NCBI GenBank assembly: GCA_000165425.1
Contig: CT868002.1
Coordinates: forward strand, 124,001-188,000
Length of the DNA: 64,000 nt
Source: Paramecium tetraurelia
Taxonomy: Eukaryota
Direction of reading: 5' to 3'
Positions 38,122 through 52,605 of the stretch are shown in pieces; positions within the stretch are counted from its first letter, which is position 1, and each line of letters begins with the position of its first letter. The notes beneath the pieces are model-generated. The model was not told the origin of the DNA. It was given only the letters and a program-made list of their open reading frames with translations, and ran no database searches. The position numbers and the translations under genes are program-made.

Positions 38122-39954
38122 ATGTAATTCAGAAAAATTTTTTAATTTTCAACTCTTTCCAAGTAATTAATTTAAGACACTGAGAGATATTACTATCTCA
38201 ATCAATAGTCGACTCGTAATCAAATGTCTTTTGAATAATTTCAACAACACAAGCAAAATTATTTTAATACATTACTCACTTGTGATCTTAAATAAATTAG
38301 TAATTGGAGAATGCTCATTTAAAATCTATTCAGGATTGAGACAGAACCCAACGATCTTATGAAGTAAATCATTAACAGATATTCAGAATTGTTTGGGATC
38401 GAAGACTTGCTTAAAATTAATAATTACAAATTAACTTAATTATTAATTAATCATCACAATATTTACGATGTTCCAATCAATTTATTAAAATGTGATGGTA
38501 TTGCCTAAATAATTGAACAATATGAACTTTCCCTTACTGTGTATCGAAATGTTTAGTTGAACAAGCTTTTCAAACATTTAATACTGTGCTAAAAACTCAA
38601 TTTGCAAGTCATTCCCATTCACACATTCAATTTAGTTCATTACAATATTGAATAATCCTAGGAACTCGAATTCTTAAATGAATTGGTCCTATATCAAAGA
38701 TCCAAAAGGGCGTAAACCAATAAACTACCTAATGAAACTTGGAATCTAGTCTTCAACCGCATTCTCTCCTCAAGACTCGATGAATCACGTCTTTTGTACA
38801 CTTGCTAATTACTATAATAATTTGCACATTAAAAAATCAACATCAAATTTGATCTGATGAATTTGCTTAAGCATGTTATTGATGAATTTAGAATGCTCCA
38901 AAAAAGAGAAGCCACATTATTGGAACTTATTCGAACAATCAATATTTTAAAGGCTAATAAGTATGATATTGCAGAGTTAAAAGAACTTCGCAAAATCTGT
39001 GCTAAAGAACCTTAATTGCAAGGAGATAAAGAATATGATTTATATATGAATCTTGAACATTAAACTTAGAGTATAGAATTAATTGACAATCAAAATTTAA
39101 ATGCCTACCTAACTGAAATTCTTTTAGGTGATGTGTAGAAACTTGGAGAAATTCAAAAGGCTGATTTAAGAGAGAAGATTTTAAATAAATTATAAACAGA
39201 AACTGATGAAAATTCTTTAAAGAAAATCATAGTAGTTAGTAGATAATTATGGCCAACTGAAATTTCCATTGTTTAAAGATGTGCTAAATAGATTAGACAT
39301 CTACTAGCAAACAATGATTAAACAAAAGAAATGATTTCCTTAGCAATAAATTCTTTGTATGAGTTCAAAAGAATACAATATCCTTTTTTAGACGATTAAC
39401 TCATCAATTATTTAGCTTGCATTGATGACTTATACATAAATCCATAAGAAATCAGTGTACTTTTATATTATATTTGTTTATCTTTACCAAAGCTTACAAA
39501 AAAAGAACTAAAACGTGATAATTAAAGAGAATACCCAATTAATGAAAACCTAAGTAAGATCTTGATTAATTTATTGCCTGTGATAAAAAAAATGTGTTCA
39601 AAAAATGCTCTAAGATTAAAAGTAATATATACTCTTACAGATTGTATTTGTAAATACAAAGAGTAGTTAGTTGATGTTGACTTGAAATTTTTATTTGAAA
39701 AGATAGAGTTTAATCTAGTGAAGGAATTGGAGTTAAAACAACAATGTAGAGTAGCAGTAGAATAAAAGGATATATAATTTTTGCACGAAAGATTTAGATA
39801 TTTGAAAGTTGGATCTAGAAAATTATCAAGATTCTTTGATGATGCAAAATCAAATTACTTTGGGGCTCTATAAAAATTGTTGCAAAGATAAAGAGTGTAT
39901 TTGAGAATGAGACAATCTAGAGGAAAATCAATTAGAGCACAAAGATCCTTTTGA
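38122..39954 (+). CDS. Hypothetical helical protein with probable mitochondrial presequence
   Basis: MQFRKIFQFSTLSKQL..., ~610-codon intronless frame under code 6, ending ...RAQRSF*. Confidence 0.65.
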
Positions 39955-40003
39955 TATAATGAATATATATATATATATGAATAACAAGCATAGATACTAA
40001 TTT

Positions 40004-43000
40004 TCATTACAATTTCTTTAGTAATGATAACGTATGTTGCTCTGTCAGTACTTCTATCGGCAAATTGGTTAAAATTAATCTTAACTAAATTAGTCTTTAA
40101 TTTGTTCTATATATCCAGCAGCCATAAAATACAAGATACATCAACAATAGCATCAATCCAGTTACTAAATAATAAGTGTATAACGAATTTAGATCATTTT
40201 AAGTAATACTTATTACAGCTTTCATTAATGTATCTATGAATAAGTTTGTTCCATCTGTAGTATCTAAAAAATGTTCGATCAAAGTGTTTGTAAACTCTCT
40301 TGTATTAAAAAGATCTAATACGACATTTAAGTCTGGAAAGTAATCAGCTTAGTTGGTTTCATAATAATAATTTTATTTGAAAAAGGAATCCAATCTACTG
40401 ACAACTCCCTAAATTCCTTTGCTTAAGTAATCTCTATTATCATCTAAACGCGTTGGAGTTCCATATATTTCATAAAAATTAGTAGTATTATCATAATTGC
40501 AAAACGGGATGTCACTACTTAACAACTCGCAAAAATCATTAGAATATAACAATAATAGTACTTGTTCATCTTCTTACGTAATCTTGTTAGATTCTATAAT
40601 ATTTTCATAAATTTATGTAATATTTTCAAAATAATTTGAATAAAGTGAGATGAAGATTTTAATGATTACTCTTTAGTCCCTAAAAGTTTCCATTTCTTTA
40701 TCTGTGTAAAATTCTAGTTCAACCAATTTGTTATATAAAATGGGTTAAGTTTTTGTGATGAAGGCTGTGCTAACAACTATATCCAATTGCGAAGTAAAAC
40801 GAATAAAGCCCAGAGTTAATTATTATGTAGGTAGTAAATCATTTTATTATTTCTTAAATACTAGAAAACCTCCTAATAGATAAAATAAGAAGATAAGACA
40901 AGTTATGATTATTATAATGGTTGCACTCCATAAAGTAGTATTAGGGTTGTTAATTTTAGAATTGAGTACTACGTTTAGGTTTTTTTTATAATTTTTCCTA
41001 TCTTCTATAATGTGATTCAACTTTATAGATTACATTCCAACCTAAGATAATTGATACTCTTTAAGTACTCTAGATTATGTTTGCATTGCCTCGATCCCAA
41101 TCTAATTCAAAGGAAAGAAAAGTAGTTTATAATAATTTTACTTTTTCCACCCATATTTTCCAGATAATTGCTTTAATGTTTCTGTGACTGCTGTGAATCT
41201 TGTTATCATATCTTATGCCTAATTTATTTATAGCCTGCCAACTAAGATCAATATTTATTAACTATATTATTCTATTTATCTCCAATAGGTTAATTAGCAA
41301 TTTAGTATTAAGACCAATAAAATTATTTCTATTATGATTTATGTCTAGAATTCTTCTAACTAATTTTATTGTTATCTAAAGAACAATTCATTAAGGGAAT
41401 CTATTAATTGAAAATTCATATCCACAACATTTTTTAAATTATATCGAAGCATCAATAAATTGTCTATGTAATTTCGATCAATTAATTAGATCAGTGTCTA
41501 CATGTTATAATTGAGAGCTTGAAACAAAGTATCAGCCACATTAGAAATGATATTGATAAAATAAGTATATGTAACATTCTCGTTACTCTAATACAGAAAA
41601 TCCAAATTGATTTAGCTCAGCATTCCTGATTATTCTATTCCAATAAAGGTATCATACATATTCCTTAAATTAGAGAACATAACAGAAGCTAAGTCTTTCA
41701 TCTCAGAGATGGTTTAAGTAATCAAAAAATCACTACTCTCAATAATACCAAGAGTGTTAAAAACTAAACTCCATGTATAAGTGAAAACTTTAAAAAAATA
41801 CCTATTAAACAGGGTTGGCCCATTAATATTTGAGAGTGTTAATTAAGTTTAATTGTTGTATGATTATATCTTCAATAAATGTGCTATTATATATGCAAGG
41901 ACTATCATTATAATAATAATATTGATAGACACCAAAACTCTTAGACTATTTGTCATTTCAGTCTTCGATTAAAATTTCTTGATTGTCGACATGGCAGAAA
42001 TCCCAGAGGTTCCAGAAGTAATGCTTGATTTTGATTTTTTAGCTTCTCTATCTATTTCTTCATTTTTTTAATTTAATTTATTTTTCTGTAATATTTCAAT
42101 AAGATTATTGCTCTTTTAATTTTGATCTTTACTGTTGCTTTTGACTTTTGACGAATCAGCCATTTCGATATCATTACCTATTTCTTCATTTCCAATTTCT
42201 AGTTAATTTTAAATATCCATAAAGTCTTTATCTATCAATTCCTACATATGTTATTACTTTGAAGATGGACTGATGAAATTGATTCTTTGAGATAAAGGGC
42301 CATAACTGATACTATCTCTTGCTGACTCCATTCCCATTAAATCCATGTAATTTTATTATACATAATTCTTACCCTCAAACTTGTTCAAAAGTCTTTAAAT
42401 TCCAGGTTAGAATTACTTGGAAATATTAGGTGTAACTTCTTCTTTGTCTACATTCATAGTTCCCAAGTTGCTTTCACTTAGATCTTAAGCACCAGGCATG
42501 GTTTTAGCCTTGTTAGTTGTCTATATCGAAATAGTATGCTAATTATTCATAAGGGAATCATTAGTCTTAAAAAACTCATCAGCCTTCCTCATATCATTTA
42601 TTTCTAAAATGAAGTAACTTTTCCTATTCTCCTTTTTTCCAATTATTTTATACACTGCATTAATCTTAGCAACATATTATTGTTTAGGTTTAGTCTAAAA
42701 ATATACAATTATAATTTACTTCTAAAACTTATAATGAATTCATTATTTAGTTATTGAATGCAATACTATAAATTGTTAATGCTTATAGGAGTGAAACTCC
42801 TTTTAACTTTTTATTCTCACTTAAAGATTACCCAAGTTATTAGTATATTTGAATATCAGCCTTTTCTTTCTCGATTGAAGCAAAGGAGGCTCGAGATTTA
42901 AATAAGCTACTATCATTGATAAATGAGTTTTATTTAGATGAATAAGCTAATTTAGCAGACATCTCATATAAATCCTTGTTATTGTTATACTTCCAGATCT

Positions 43001-45401
43001 TATAAAACTTGTCTTACTAAATATAGATGGAATCCTTTCCATATGAATTTTTTAACTCATTCAATATATCCGTCATGTTGGGGAGCATAAAAAAAGCATT
43101 TAATTGTCTCAAATTTTCATGTAATATTCTATATGATTAATCTTTAGAATCAATAATTGTTGAATAAAAATTCTCAGTCATTCCAATTACAAATCCATCT
43201 TCATTAAATAGTAGATAATCTGATGATTTTTTTACTTATGATAGACAACCAATCAAAACATAGTCATCCAGTTCACTAAAATTATTATCCAATTTAAGTT
43301 GATACGAAATTATCATGCCATCCTTTGATTATCCAAATACTTAATTGTAATCATCAAAGAATTGAGACTTTGCAGTTTACAAATAATTTAATAATAATTT
43401 ATCATGCTTTTCTGCAAAATAACTAGGCATAATCCCTGATATATTGTCTATTTGGGCAAACTCCTATTCACTATAATCAAAAAACTAAGCTATCATCTTT
43501 TTATCTTGATTGATTATCTTGCCTCTATTCTTAACCAAACTTAACATCAGAATTACTGCTCTTTCTTAAATGAATGATAGATTGGTTATCGTATCTTCTT
43601 AAAGTGTATGTTCAATGTTATAAATTTCGCTAATAGCAGTTTCACATATTTGAGTACTATAATAATCATTCATAATGGCACTACAGAAAATGGAGACCAA
43701 TTTCAAATCCTGTACATTATTAGAAATAGACAAATGATCCAGATTCTTAATATCTATTGAACAATATTAGTTAATTTAACTAGCTAAATTAAAGATCTTT
43801 TTGCTTTAATTTATAGCTAATCGTTCTAATTCATAAATATTATTAAACCCTTTAATTTACCTGTTCCAAAAATTGATCTTATCATTTAATAACTCTATAA
43901 TGCTAGGAATGAATTTATCTTAAAATTATAGAGCTTCAAAGATTGATTAAATACTTAATTGTCGTTCAGTCATAGCAACCTTTTATTATCCATATAATTA
44001 TTAATTAGTTTATTATTGATTTTTGATTAGATTTTAAAGGTAAACGCTCATTTGATCTCGAATGGAAACAAAGTAAAAAGATTGAATTTATTATTTGCTT
44101 TGATACCGTTTTAATTCAACATAAGCTAAGAGTGGCTTTCTGCAGAATTAAGCCACATAACTTATATACAAGAGTTGCAATTCTTCATAAGCTGTTCTTG
44201 GGTCTAACTATGCTCTTTCTAATTCTGTATTTAGGATACAGAAGATAGTTTGATGAGTTCTTTAAATCTGGTTGTAATCTGTCTTATAATTCTACTTTAA
44301 CCAATGTTTCTAACAAACCACCTTATGACCCTTCCAATATTGGTAAAGTTCAAAGAATTCTTTGCTTCTTTGGTAATCAGAAGTTATTAAATATTTGAAA
44401 TGCATTTCTTAGGTGTAATGTATGCAAGTGAAAGGTGTTACTTCATAATCAAAGACTGATAAGCATTTCATGATGTAAAATTAGTTACTTAAATGAAATG
44501 TCATGGGACACAATAGCATGAGCACATAAATAAGTTGGTCCTCTTAGAAAAGTTGTTCATTATTAGTTAAGATGTTTATACTTAAAATAATTAGGGTTGC
44601 AATTAGAGTAAAATTCAAGGAGAATTGCAATTGATTAACAAAGGGAATGGAAGGCTTCATGAAATAGGATTCTACTAATCTCAAAATTATGTCTAGGAAT
44701 ATGATTACTATTTGAATATATTAGACGATTGTATCAGAATCAACTAAGTACAATATTGCAATTAAAATCGAGAGACAGTATTAAATTGATTGAAGTCCAT
44801 TAAACTTCTACTATAAATAATTAAAAGGCACGAATGTGTAAGCCCTCAAAAAATATTGTTGCAAAAATACAAATATTGAGAATATAAATAGTGTTACTAG
44901 ACTCAAAATACTTTTCACATTAAAAATTGTCAACTCTTAATTAAAATTGGTTCTTCCTATCATGATGAAAGGAATTAATAGGAATATGATTGGCAACTGA
45001 AATATAGTAGTACTGAGCATAAAGAAATAGAAAATGAGTTTTCTAAGCGAATAATGTTAAAGAGGATTGATATCATCTAGTATTCCCAGGATCACTAAGA
45101 TAATGATAATCGTAATAAAGGTGAGCAGAAGTAAAGCGACAAAGCCAAATGCAATATCTCCAAAGTTAAAATTAGATTCAAAACCAAAAGGAATAATCAA
45201 GGAGGCTTGAGCAAGTTTTGATAAGAGGTAAAAGTGCCCATTGCTGTATTTCCATAAATTCCAACCACTAATAGGCAACATAATTGAAAGGTATTAAAGA
45301 TTGGTAATGAAAGCAATCAAGATAATCCAAAAGTCAGATGGTTGGGTATTATGAGTTAAATGGGCTAAGCATGACAACTATTCAAATACTATAAATTTCA
45401 T
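40004..45401 (-). CDS. Large multi-pass membrane protein with PAS domain, paralog B
   Basis: LQYLSIMLPISGWNLWKYSNG matches paralog A (IQYLSLLLPSHGWSYWNYSDG). PAS-like IAQFFDYSEQEFAQIDNISGIMPSYFAEKHDKLLLNYLQ..QSKDGMII, ending SLLKKLQ*. Confidence 0.8.
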
Positions 45402-45659
45402 AATAATAATGATAATTTATCAAAGCAAAACAATTTTTATATAAATTGAAGTCGTATAATTTTATTTATTAAAATTTCTTGAGAAGAGGCAATATTTGGA
45501 ATATTTAATATTTCGTTTTGCAAATTAATTTAATTATGAAAGTACATTCAGAGTAGCAACTCAAAAAAATAAGGGAATAATAATAGTAAAATACCAAGTT
45601 CTTATTTTATATATTAATAAAATTTAATAAATTAATTATTTTATATATGAATAACATTT

Positions 45660-46874
45660 TCACTCTTTTGAAAAAATAGTTAAATTCAATGTTTCTTCAC
45701 TTAATGATACACTTGGTTCATGGAGATCGTTATTAGAACCCATTTCAAGGATTTTTTGTTCAATAAAACAACCATTTTCGTCTTGGATTATTACCTGTAA
45801 GCAACCAAAAGTATCGTGATTTCTTGGGTCTCTTAACTCATATTCCAAGTCAAATGGGAAGTTTATTTCTGTAAAGAACTTTTCGAATCTATCCGATTAA
45901 GTTTCCGTGAATATAAAGTTATTTGATATTATCGCTCTTAATTTAAGTGTTATTTGTCTCTTCTCTTACGATGAGTATTCATGCACTTTACCTCCTGTCA
46001 CACCTGCCGTATTATAATACTTATTAACATCTTTTGGATTACAATAGATATTTAACTGAGTTTATTATTTACCAAACTTTTAAGCTGGAGCATATATGTC
46101 TTTGTATTAATCCACAAAATATACAATTTCACCAGGGAATGGGAATTGTTAGGTTGGCTTTAGTAATACATTCAAAATTCTTTTATACTAGGCCTTTTGA
46201 TCATCATAATCAGGAAGGGAGTCTTTTTTAGCAATTTGTGCAGTTTCTGCTTTTAGTAAACCAGCCTGCTTATCTATGATTTAATAGGAGGCCAAAAATT
46301 TTGAATTTTATTGCTAATATAATTCAGATACCTTAATCAAAATGGATTTCTTGGCTGGAAAAATGATAATAGAATTTTAGAGATTTAAATCTTCTAAAAT
46401 TTACTCCGCTCTATTTATAAAGGTCTTTGTTTTGCTTATTTCCCAAAAGTCAACGGTAACAGAGAATTCCTACTATTCTTACCAATTGTCTAGAACAGCT
46501 TTATCAATTAATTGTTTCACATCTTATTTTGTATACAATCCTAATTAAATTGCGATGTCTTTAGGATCATTTGCTTTGTTTTTTTACAACTCAGCTATTT
46601 TATCCTTATGTATTAGTTGATCATAACTGGATATACCTGCATTGAAGTATTGATTATCAAAATATGATGCTTCTTCAATATCCATCACAAAATAATTTAC
46701 AGGTTTCTCTTGGCTGCTTTGGCAATAGAATTCCTCTGGATCCTTTTCAGGATCGCAAAATGTGCAGAATGATCGATAAAAGCATTTGTGAGTTTAGCAA
46801 ATTGAAAAGACTTCTTAATCTAAATCCTCGTGATGATTATCAATCTAAATTTTATTTCCTTTATGTATGATCAT
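45660..46874 (-). CDS. Hypothetical protein (~404 aa) with N-terminal Cys/His cluster
   Basis: Frame of 1215 nt from MIIHKGNK to ..LTIFSKE*, containing CQTHKCFYRSFCTFCD. Confidence 0.6.
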
Positions 46875-46894
46875 ATTCGTTTTTATTATTATTA

Positions 46895-48047
46895 ATGAAA
46901 GTTATTGTTTTCATCACTCTTTTGGTATGTGTTTTCGGCCAACAACCTGAAATGTTAGAGTAAATTGCACAGAACAGTTTCGGCAGATAAATATTGTAAA
47001 CAATTCAATTAGAACTCACACAAGAGTAAACTCATATTAAATAGCATTAGAAATGCAGCAAGATAAATCTACACCATGTTAAACAAATTGTTTTATGATC
47101 TCAGAGATGAAGATGCTCGTTCAAGCAAAGCTAATGGAGAGAGACAAGCATAATGTTCTGATCAATTTGCATTAATCAATTCAATCTAAGAAAAAGCAGT
47201 TGTTGCCAAGGCTGATTATGAAAGACAAATACCAGGAAAATAAGAAGAATTAGCAAATAAAGTGGCTCAAGTTGAATAAAAAAATGCTGAGATCCAAAGA
47301 AATGATTAATTATATGTTAACCTTTCAGAACAAAGAAGAAAAGAGCATGAAACTTATGAACGTAAGAGAGATGAACTTATTGGTTTGATCAATGGTTTAA
47401 AATAAGCATAACAAATTATAAGACAATTGCAAACTCCTCATCCTGGAGGTGCTCTTGTTCAATTAAAAGAACATCATGAATAATTAAGTATCTAATTCAT
47501 TCTATCTAAGTAAAATCATATGCTGCCAATTCAGAATTCAAAAGTATGGCATCATTGTTGATGGAATTATGTACAGATGCTAAAATCCATTCTGATAATG
47601 ACAATGTTTAAGTTATTGTAGATATTATCAATGACTTAATTGAAAGCATTTACGATGTCTAAAAGAGAGAAATGTATGCAGAAGATTGGGCAGAGAAGTT
47701 CTTCTAATAGGATTTGTATTTATTATCATTCAAAAATTAGACTGCGACTCTCCAAAGAAAATGTTAGATTGTAAGGTCAAATCGCAGATGATCAAGCTGC
47801 TGCTGAATTTGCTCAATAGAGATTAGAGGATCTCCAATAATAGGCTCTCCTTCAATAAATTATTTATGATAACAAAGAAGTGGAGAGAAAGTCTTTTGAG
47901 GTTGCTTGCAAGGAGGATAACAATGCTGCTGAGTAGGCCAGAGTCTCAAGAAATGAACAAATACAAATTGTACTTCAGTTGTTGGAATTATTTGAAAACA
48001 ATTTCAATGATAGAACTAGAGCAGCACTTCTTCAAATTGTTGTATGA
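46895..48047 (+). CDS. Trichocyst matrix protein (TMP/granule lattice family) precursor
   Basis: Signal peptide MKVIVFITLLVCVFG, then NSFGRQILQTIQLEL, coiled-coil halves with isolated Cys (ERQAQCSDQF; FEVACKED) and GALVQLKEH, typical of ciliate dense-core granule proproteins. Three short introns. Confidence 0.8.
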
Positions 48048-48083
48048 AACAATATAAAAGTTAAAAAACATATATTATATAAA

Positions 48084-48476
48084 TCAAGATAAAGTTTATG
48101 ATTCTAACATTATACCTTTCCTTGATTTTTTCTCAAAGAAAGTTGTTGTCCTGCAAAATGATACTTTTTTTGAGCTACTTGCTGAACTGCCACCTGAGCC
48201 ATGAGATTTTGCAGTTGCTTATTTTAAAATTCCTTTCCCATTACTAAATCTTTTTTTCTCTGATGACTGAGAATCTTCACTTTCCAAATTGTCTAGCACT
48301 TCATATTCAAAAACGCTATCCAATACTATATACGAGGGAATTTCCACAATTTCTAATTATTTTCCAATAATATTTTTCACAATTGGACTATTTATTACTA
48401 TTTTCTTTGACACTTCGCTTGAAATATTAGTATTAAGTGTCTCCATATCCATTTTATTCATACAGCAAGATCCCAT
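48084..48476 (-). CDS. Small MGxCC protein (130 aa) with GILK and KKVSF motifs
   Basis: MGSCCMNKMDMETLN...KGILKQ...SSKKVSFCR...QTLS*. Intronless 393-nt frame. Confidence 0.7.
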
Positions 48477-49092
48477 TTTACAAAATATTACAATTTTATA
48501 AATTAAAATATTATATTGGAACTTCTTTTTATGGAAGAAGGAAATTATCTCATTATCTTATTATGTTAGTTTTTCAAACTTTAAAACACCCTTACTTTTT
48601 AAATGCTTTTAAGAGTCATTTCTCATACAGTCCTATCTTTATTTTAGAAAATCGATTAAACAGTTGTCAAAAAATAGAAAATTATATTCACTTAATCATC
48701 TTGAGTTGTGAAGATTGTAAAAAACAGTATTAGTAAATTCAATAACATAACTTATATATAAGTTTCAATTTTAATGAATTTAACACAAACAAAACTATTT
48801 CGTATTGTGGCTATTCCTTTCAGAATTTCATTCCTAAAACCTAAGTCATAAATGTAACTCTGATAAGTTCAAAATATAATCACTTAAGACAAAGGACAAA
48901 TCTACATTTTAGAAATGATCTATCGTTTATATTGTAAAATTTACTATTAATATTTTAATAATAAACTTATTTTATAAGATTAATATTGGAATTAAACCTA
49001 TTTTTGTGAGTATATAATAAAATTTATAATTTTACTTACAGAAAAGTGAAGAACTACAGAACCTTTTATAATATTAATATATGCAAATATTA

Positions 49093-50850
49093 TCAGTGTA
49101 TGATCTTAGAACTTTATTTAAGATTGGACAAGCTTTTTTCAAGTTGACTGACTCTTAAGCTATTACTTATAAATATGCTTTTTACTTTAACACTTTTTCA
49201 TCAGCTTAACTTACATTTACAAGACTTTAATCAAGATTTTCAGAATCCTTTTTTAGTTTTCTCTGGAGCTCTTGTTGAGCTTTTCGAATTAATTCATTAG
49301 AGACTTTTTCTAAAGATTTTTGTTCATTTAATTATTGAGATGATTTAATCAGCGACTTGAATCGTAAATCCTTCAATCTTTCTTGTCTTTAATAATTTTC
49401 AATTAAATCCTGTTGTTTTAATTTCATCCTCTCCTGTTTTAAGGATTTCTAGTAATCTAATTCTTCTTTTCTTTTCAGACTATAATCTTCAAGAAGCTAA
49501 AATTTCTTTTACAAACTATCGACTCTATCAAATTACTAAGACTTAATATTCTTAAGACTTTTTTCAATCTTTCTCCTTCTTAATTTTTCATCTTTTAGTT
49601 TGTTTTGTTCTTCTCTCTCTTTTGATTATTTTAAGGCTAAGCTATAGAGTAATAATACCTTTAAGATCTTCTTCTTTGCTTGCTAATTTTTGAACAATAG
49701 ACTAAACCAAGGATTCTTCCTTTTACATAGTTCTTAATTTGTATTGCTTTAATTTTTCTTCATGCAAGAACTCCTAAGAGTAAGACGCTCTAATTTGGAT
49801 TCCCAAATTTATTTTTCTTTATTTAATGAGGTTTCTGCCCATTTTTATTGAATTTAAGTCATAGTTTATGCCATTTACTAATTATATTGTCTGTCTTGCA
49901 AGGTTTTCCTTAATTATATTTACAATCTTCTTTCTTAATACTTTCTCTCTTATTCATCCAACTCTTTTTTATGTGAGATTTCGTCTTGTTCTAATTTCTT
50001 TCGTCTAGTATTATTTAATAATTTACATCTTTTCTTCTTTTTCTGCCTACCTTTTTCTGTCTTCCAGCAATTTGATTTATTTTTCTCTTTCTTTTTATTT
50101 AATTTCATTAACTTTTTTCTAAGAAGCCTACTTCATTTCTTTTTTCTTTCTTGCCTTCTAAATTGAGATTTTAAATTTTAACTCCTCAATTTTTTTCTCT
50201 CTTTCAATCATATCTTGATGTAGTTTTTATCTTCTTTTTTCATTATTCAGTTGATGTTACACTTCTTTAGCCTTAATTTATAAGGATTTCTTATATTTAG
50301 CAATTTCCTTTTCCAACTATTATTCTAATACCAATATTGGATCGTCTTCATCGAAAGATAAATAAGAGGCATCCTTATCTTCTTTATCGATGCTACTCAT
50401 TTTTTTATTGTAAGTTTCAATTAAATCATTAACCAATCTTTTGTTAAATGAAATAGGTACTCCTCATCTCTCTGATAACTCTTTTCTAAATGCAAATTAG
50501 TAATATTTTTTTATTTCTTTATTATTATCTTCCTCACCTTACTAATTTCCTACAAGGCACCTAGAATCTATTTCAGTTTTACCTTCCGTCTTCTTCATGT
50601 AGTGATCAAATCGCATCTTTTACACATTTTCAGAAATGCCAGCTTCAGCAAAATCTTCTAATTGTCTTCATATATAAATGCTCAACTGATACTTGAATTA
50701 AAATATATTTGGATCATAACCCAAAGCCAAGCATGCTTCTCGAGTCTTAGGTGAATCCGGTTTGATTGTAAAGGCCTTTCTAGTGTGTTAAAACACAATG
50801 CCTCTTCTAGTATTTCGATGAGTTTAGTCGAGTAAGGTTTCTAAATTCAT
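49093..50850 (-). CDS. Coiled-coil protein of unknown function
   Basis: PDSPKTREACLALGYDP N-terminal motif followed by an extended K/E/Q/R-rich helix. Short introns. Confidence 0.65.
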
Positions 50851-50882
50851 GTTTAATTATTATTTATTTTTATTTTTTTTAA

Positions 50883-52439
50883 TCAATCCAATCCAGGAAC
50901 AGGGAATTGAGAACTGAATGATACAACATCTTTTTTGAGTTTTTGGATATCAGGATGTTGGTCACCATTCTTTGCCAACCAATCTTTGAAATCTTGTACT
51001 TTTGGTCCAGCTTCTCCCTTCACCTTTTGAGCTATAGCCACACCTCTATCAATGAAATCAGCTATTTATGCAAATTCATCTTAATTAACTCCTCTGGATG
51101 TCATAGGTACTGATCTATTCATAGAATTATTGACTCTTACCCCATTCTCAATCCATTTGGTACCAAAGCTGACTTATCCTTTGGAACAGTATTCTTATTT
51201 ACAGAAATATTGACTGCTTATAAAATGGATTCCACTCTTGCACCATCAATTGATTTAGGCTTTAAATTGACCAATACCAAGTGATTGTCAGTTCCTCCTG
51301 AAACCAAAGAAAAGTCTTAGAATAAATTAAAATGAATACTTCTCTTCAATAATTCATCTGCCAATTTCTTGCTGTTCAATAGAACACTCATTTAATAGCT
51401 CTTAAATTCAGGGGTTTTAGCCTCTTCCAACGCCACAGCTATACTTGTTATAGTATGGAAATGGGGTCCTCCTTACAATCCAGGAAATACAGCTTGGTCA
51501 ATTTTTGATTTAAGATCATAATTGATAGGTTTGCCATTCTTGTCGACTTCCTTTTGACCAACTCTATAGAAAATAAGACTTCCTCTTGGTCCTCTCATTC
51601 TAAAAGTTGATATTAAAATAGATACGATTTGTGAGTAGTGGTCATAACGACATCTGCATATGGGAATGGACTTGGTAATTATTCAGCTGCCATCATGCCT
51701 GCTGTATGTGAAATATCAGCTAATAAATATGCTTTGACACTATCGCAAATTTTTCTGATGGCTTGAAAATCTATAATTCTTGCATAAGCAGATGCTCCTG
51801 CAACTATCAATTTGGGTCTGAATGCTTTTGCCAGGACTTCCATTTATTCATAATCTATAAGTTCTGTTTCCTAAATAGATTTCTTTATTGTTTCTTACTT
51901 CATTTAATCTGTAAGGCATAACCTCAAAGTAACTGGAAACAGCAGAGACCTTTTTGGTTTCAGTCTGATATCCATGTGACAAGTGACCTCCATGTGGAAG
52001 ATCCAAACTCAATATTCTATCTTTAGGAGCCAACAATCCTGTGTAGATTGCAAAATTGGCAGGAGCCCCAGACAACATTTAAACATTGACACCCCATTCA
52101 TTAGAATTCAAATTAAATGCATTTAGAGCTCTTTATTAACAAAGCAATTCCACTTTATCGTACACTTGTGTTCCTCCATAATATCTGGCTCCAGGATAAC
52201 CTATTGATATTAGTGTACTTTTAAATACCTTCTGCGTATTTGGTAGACATCACAGAGCCCAAAGCTTCCAAGACTGCCTTCGAGCTGTGATTTTCAGATG
52301 GAATCAAGTTGATACTCTCTCTTTGTCTTTTGATTTCTTCTTAAATAAGGCCAAATATTGTGGGATCAGCCTAATTTAAGGTTAATCTCTGTCTTGGAAC
52401 CAATCTGGAGAAACGATACACTGAGGTATATAATTACAT
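50883..52439 (-). CDS. SHMT: Serine hydroxymethyltransferase, probably mitochondrial
   Basis: [58 protein letters not shown] (PLP lysine), AVFPGLQGGPH and VNKNTVP. Arg/Ser-rich N-terminus and several introns. Confidence 0.96.
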
Positions 52440-52605
52440 TAATAATAATTTACAACGTGACGAATTAATATTAAATTATATTTTGGATTGCAATTCCCTA
52501 TAATAAAACTATTCACTTATAAAAAATCAATGGTTGGTCTGCATTTGTAATAATAAAATTGATTATATCTTATTTACTTAATCATTATTCCTCATATTAA
52601 TGATT

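Noticed and set aside
48477..49092. Standard-code ORFs 48289-48501 and 48437-48733 on +, and the AT-rich gap
   Set aside because: Antisense or chance frames in low-complexity DNA. The real gene is on the minus strand.
2917..52439. Pterin/folate theme (PCD-like genes and SHMT) as a metabolic cluster
   Set aside because: The genes are ~45 kb apart with unrelated genes between them, and the PCD-like proteins lack canonical catalytic residues.
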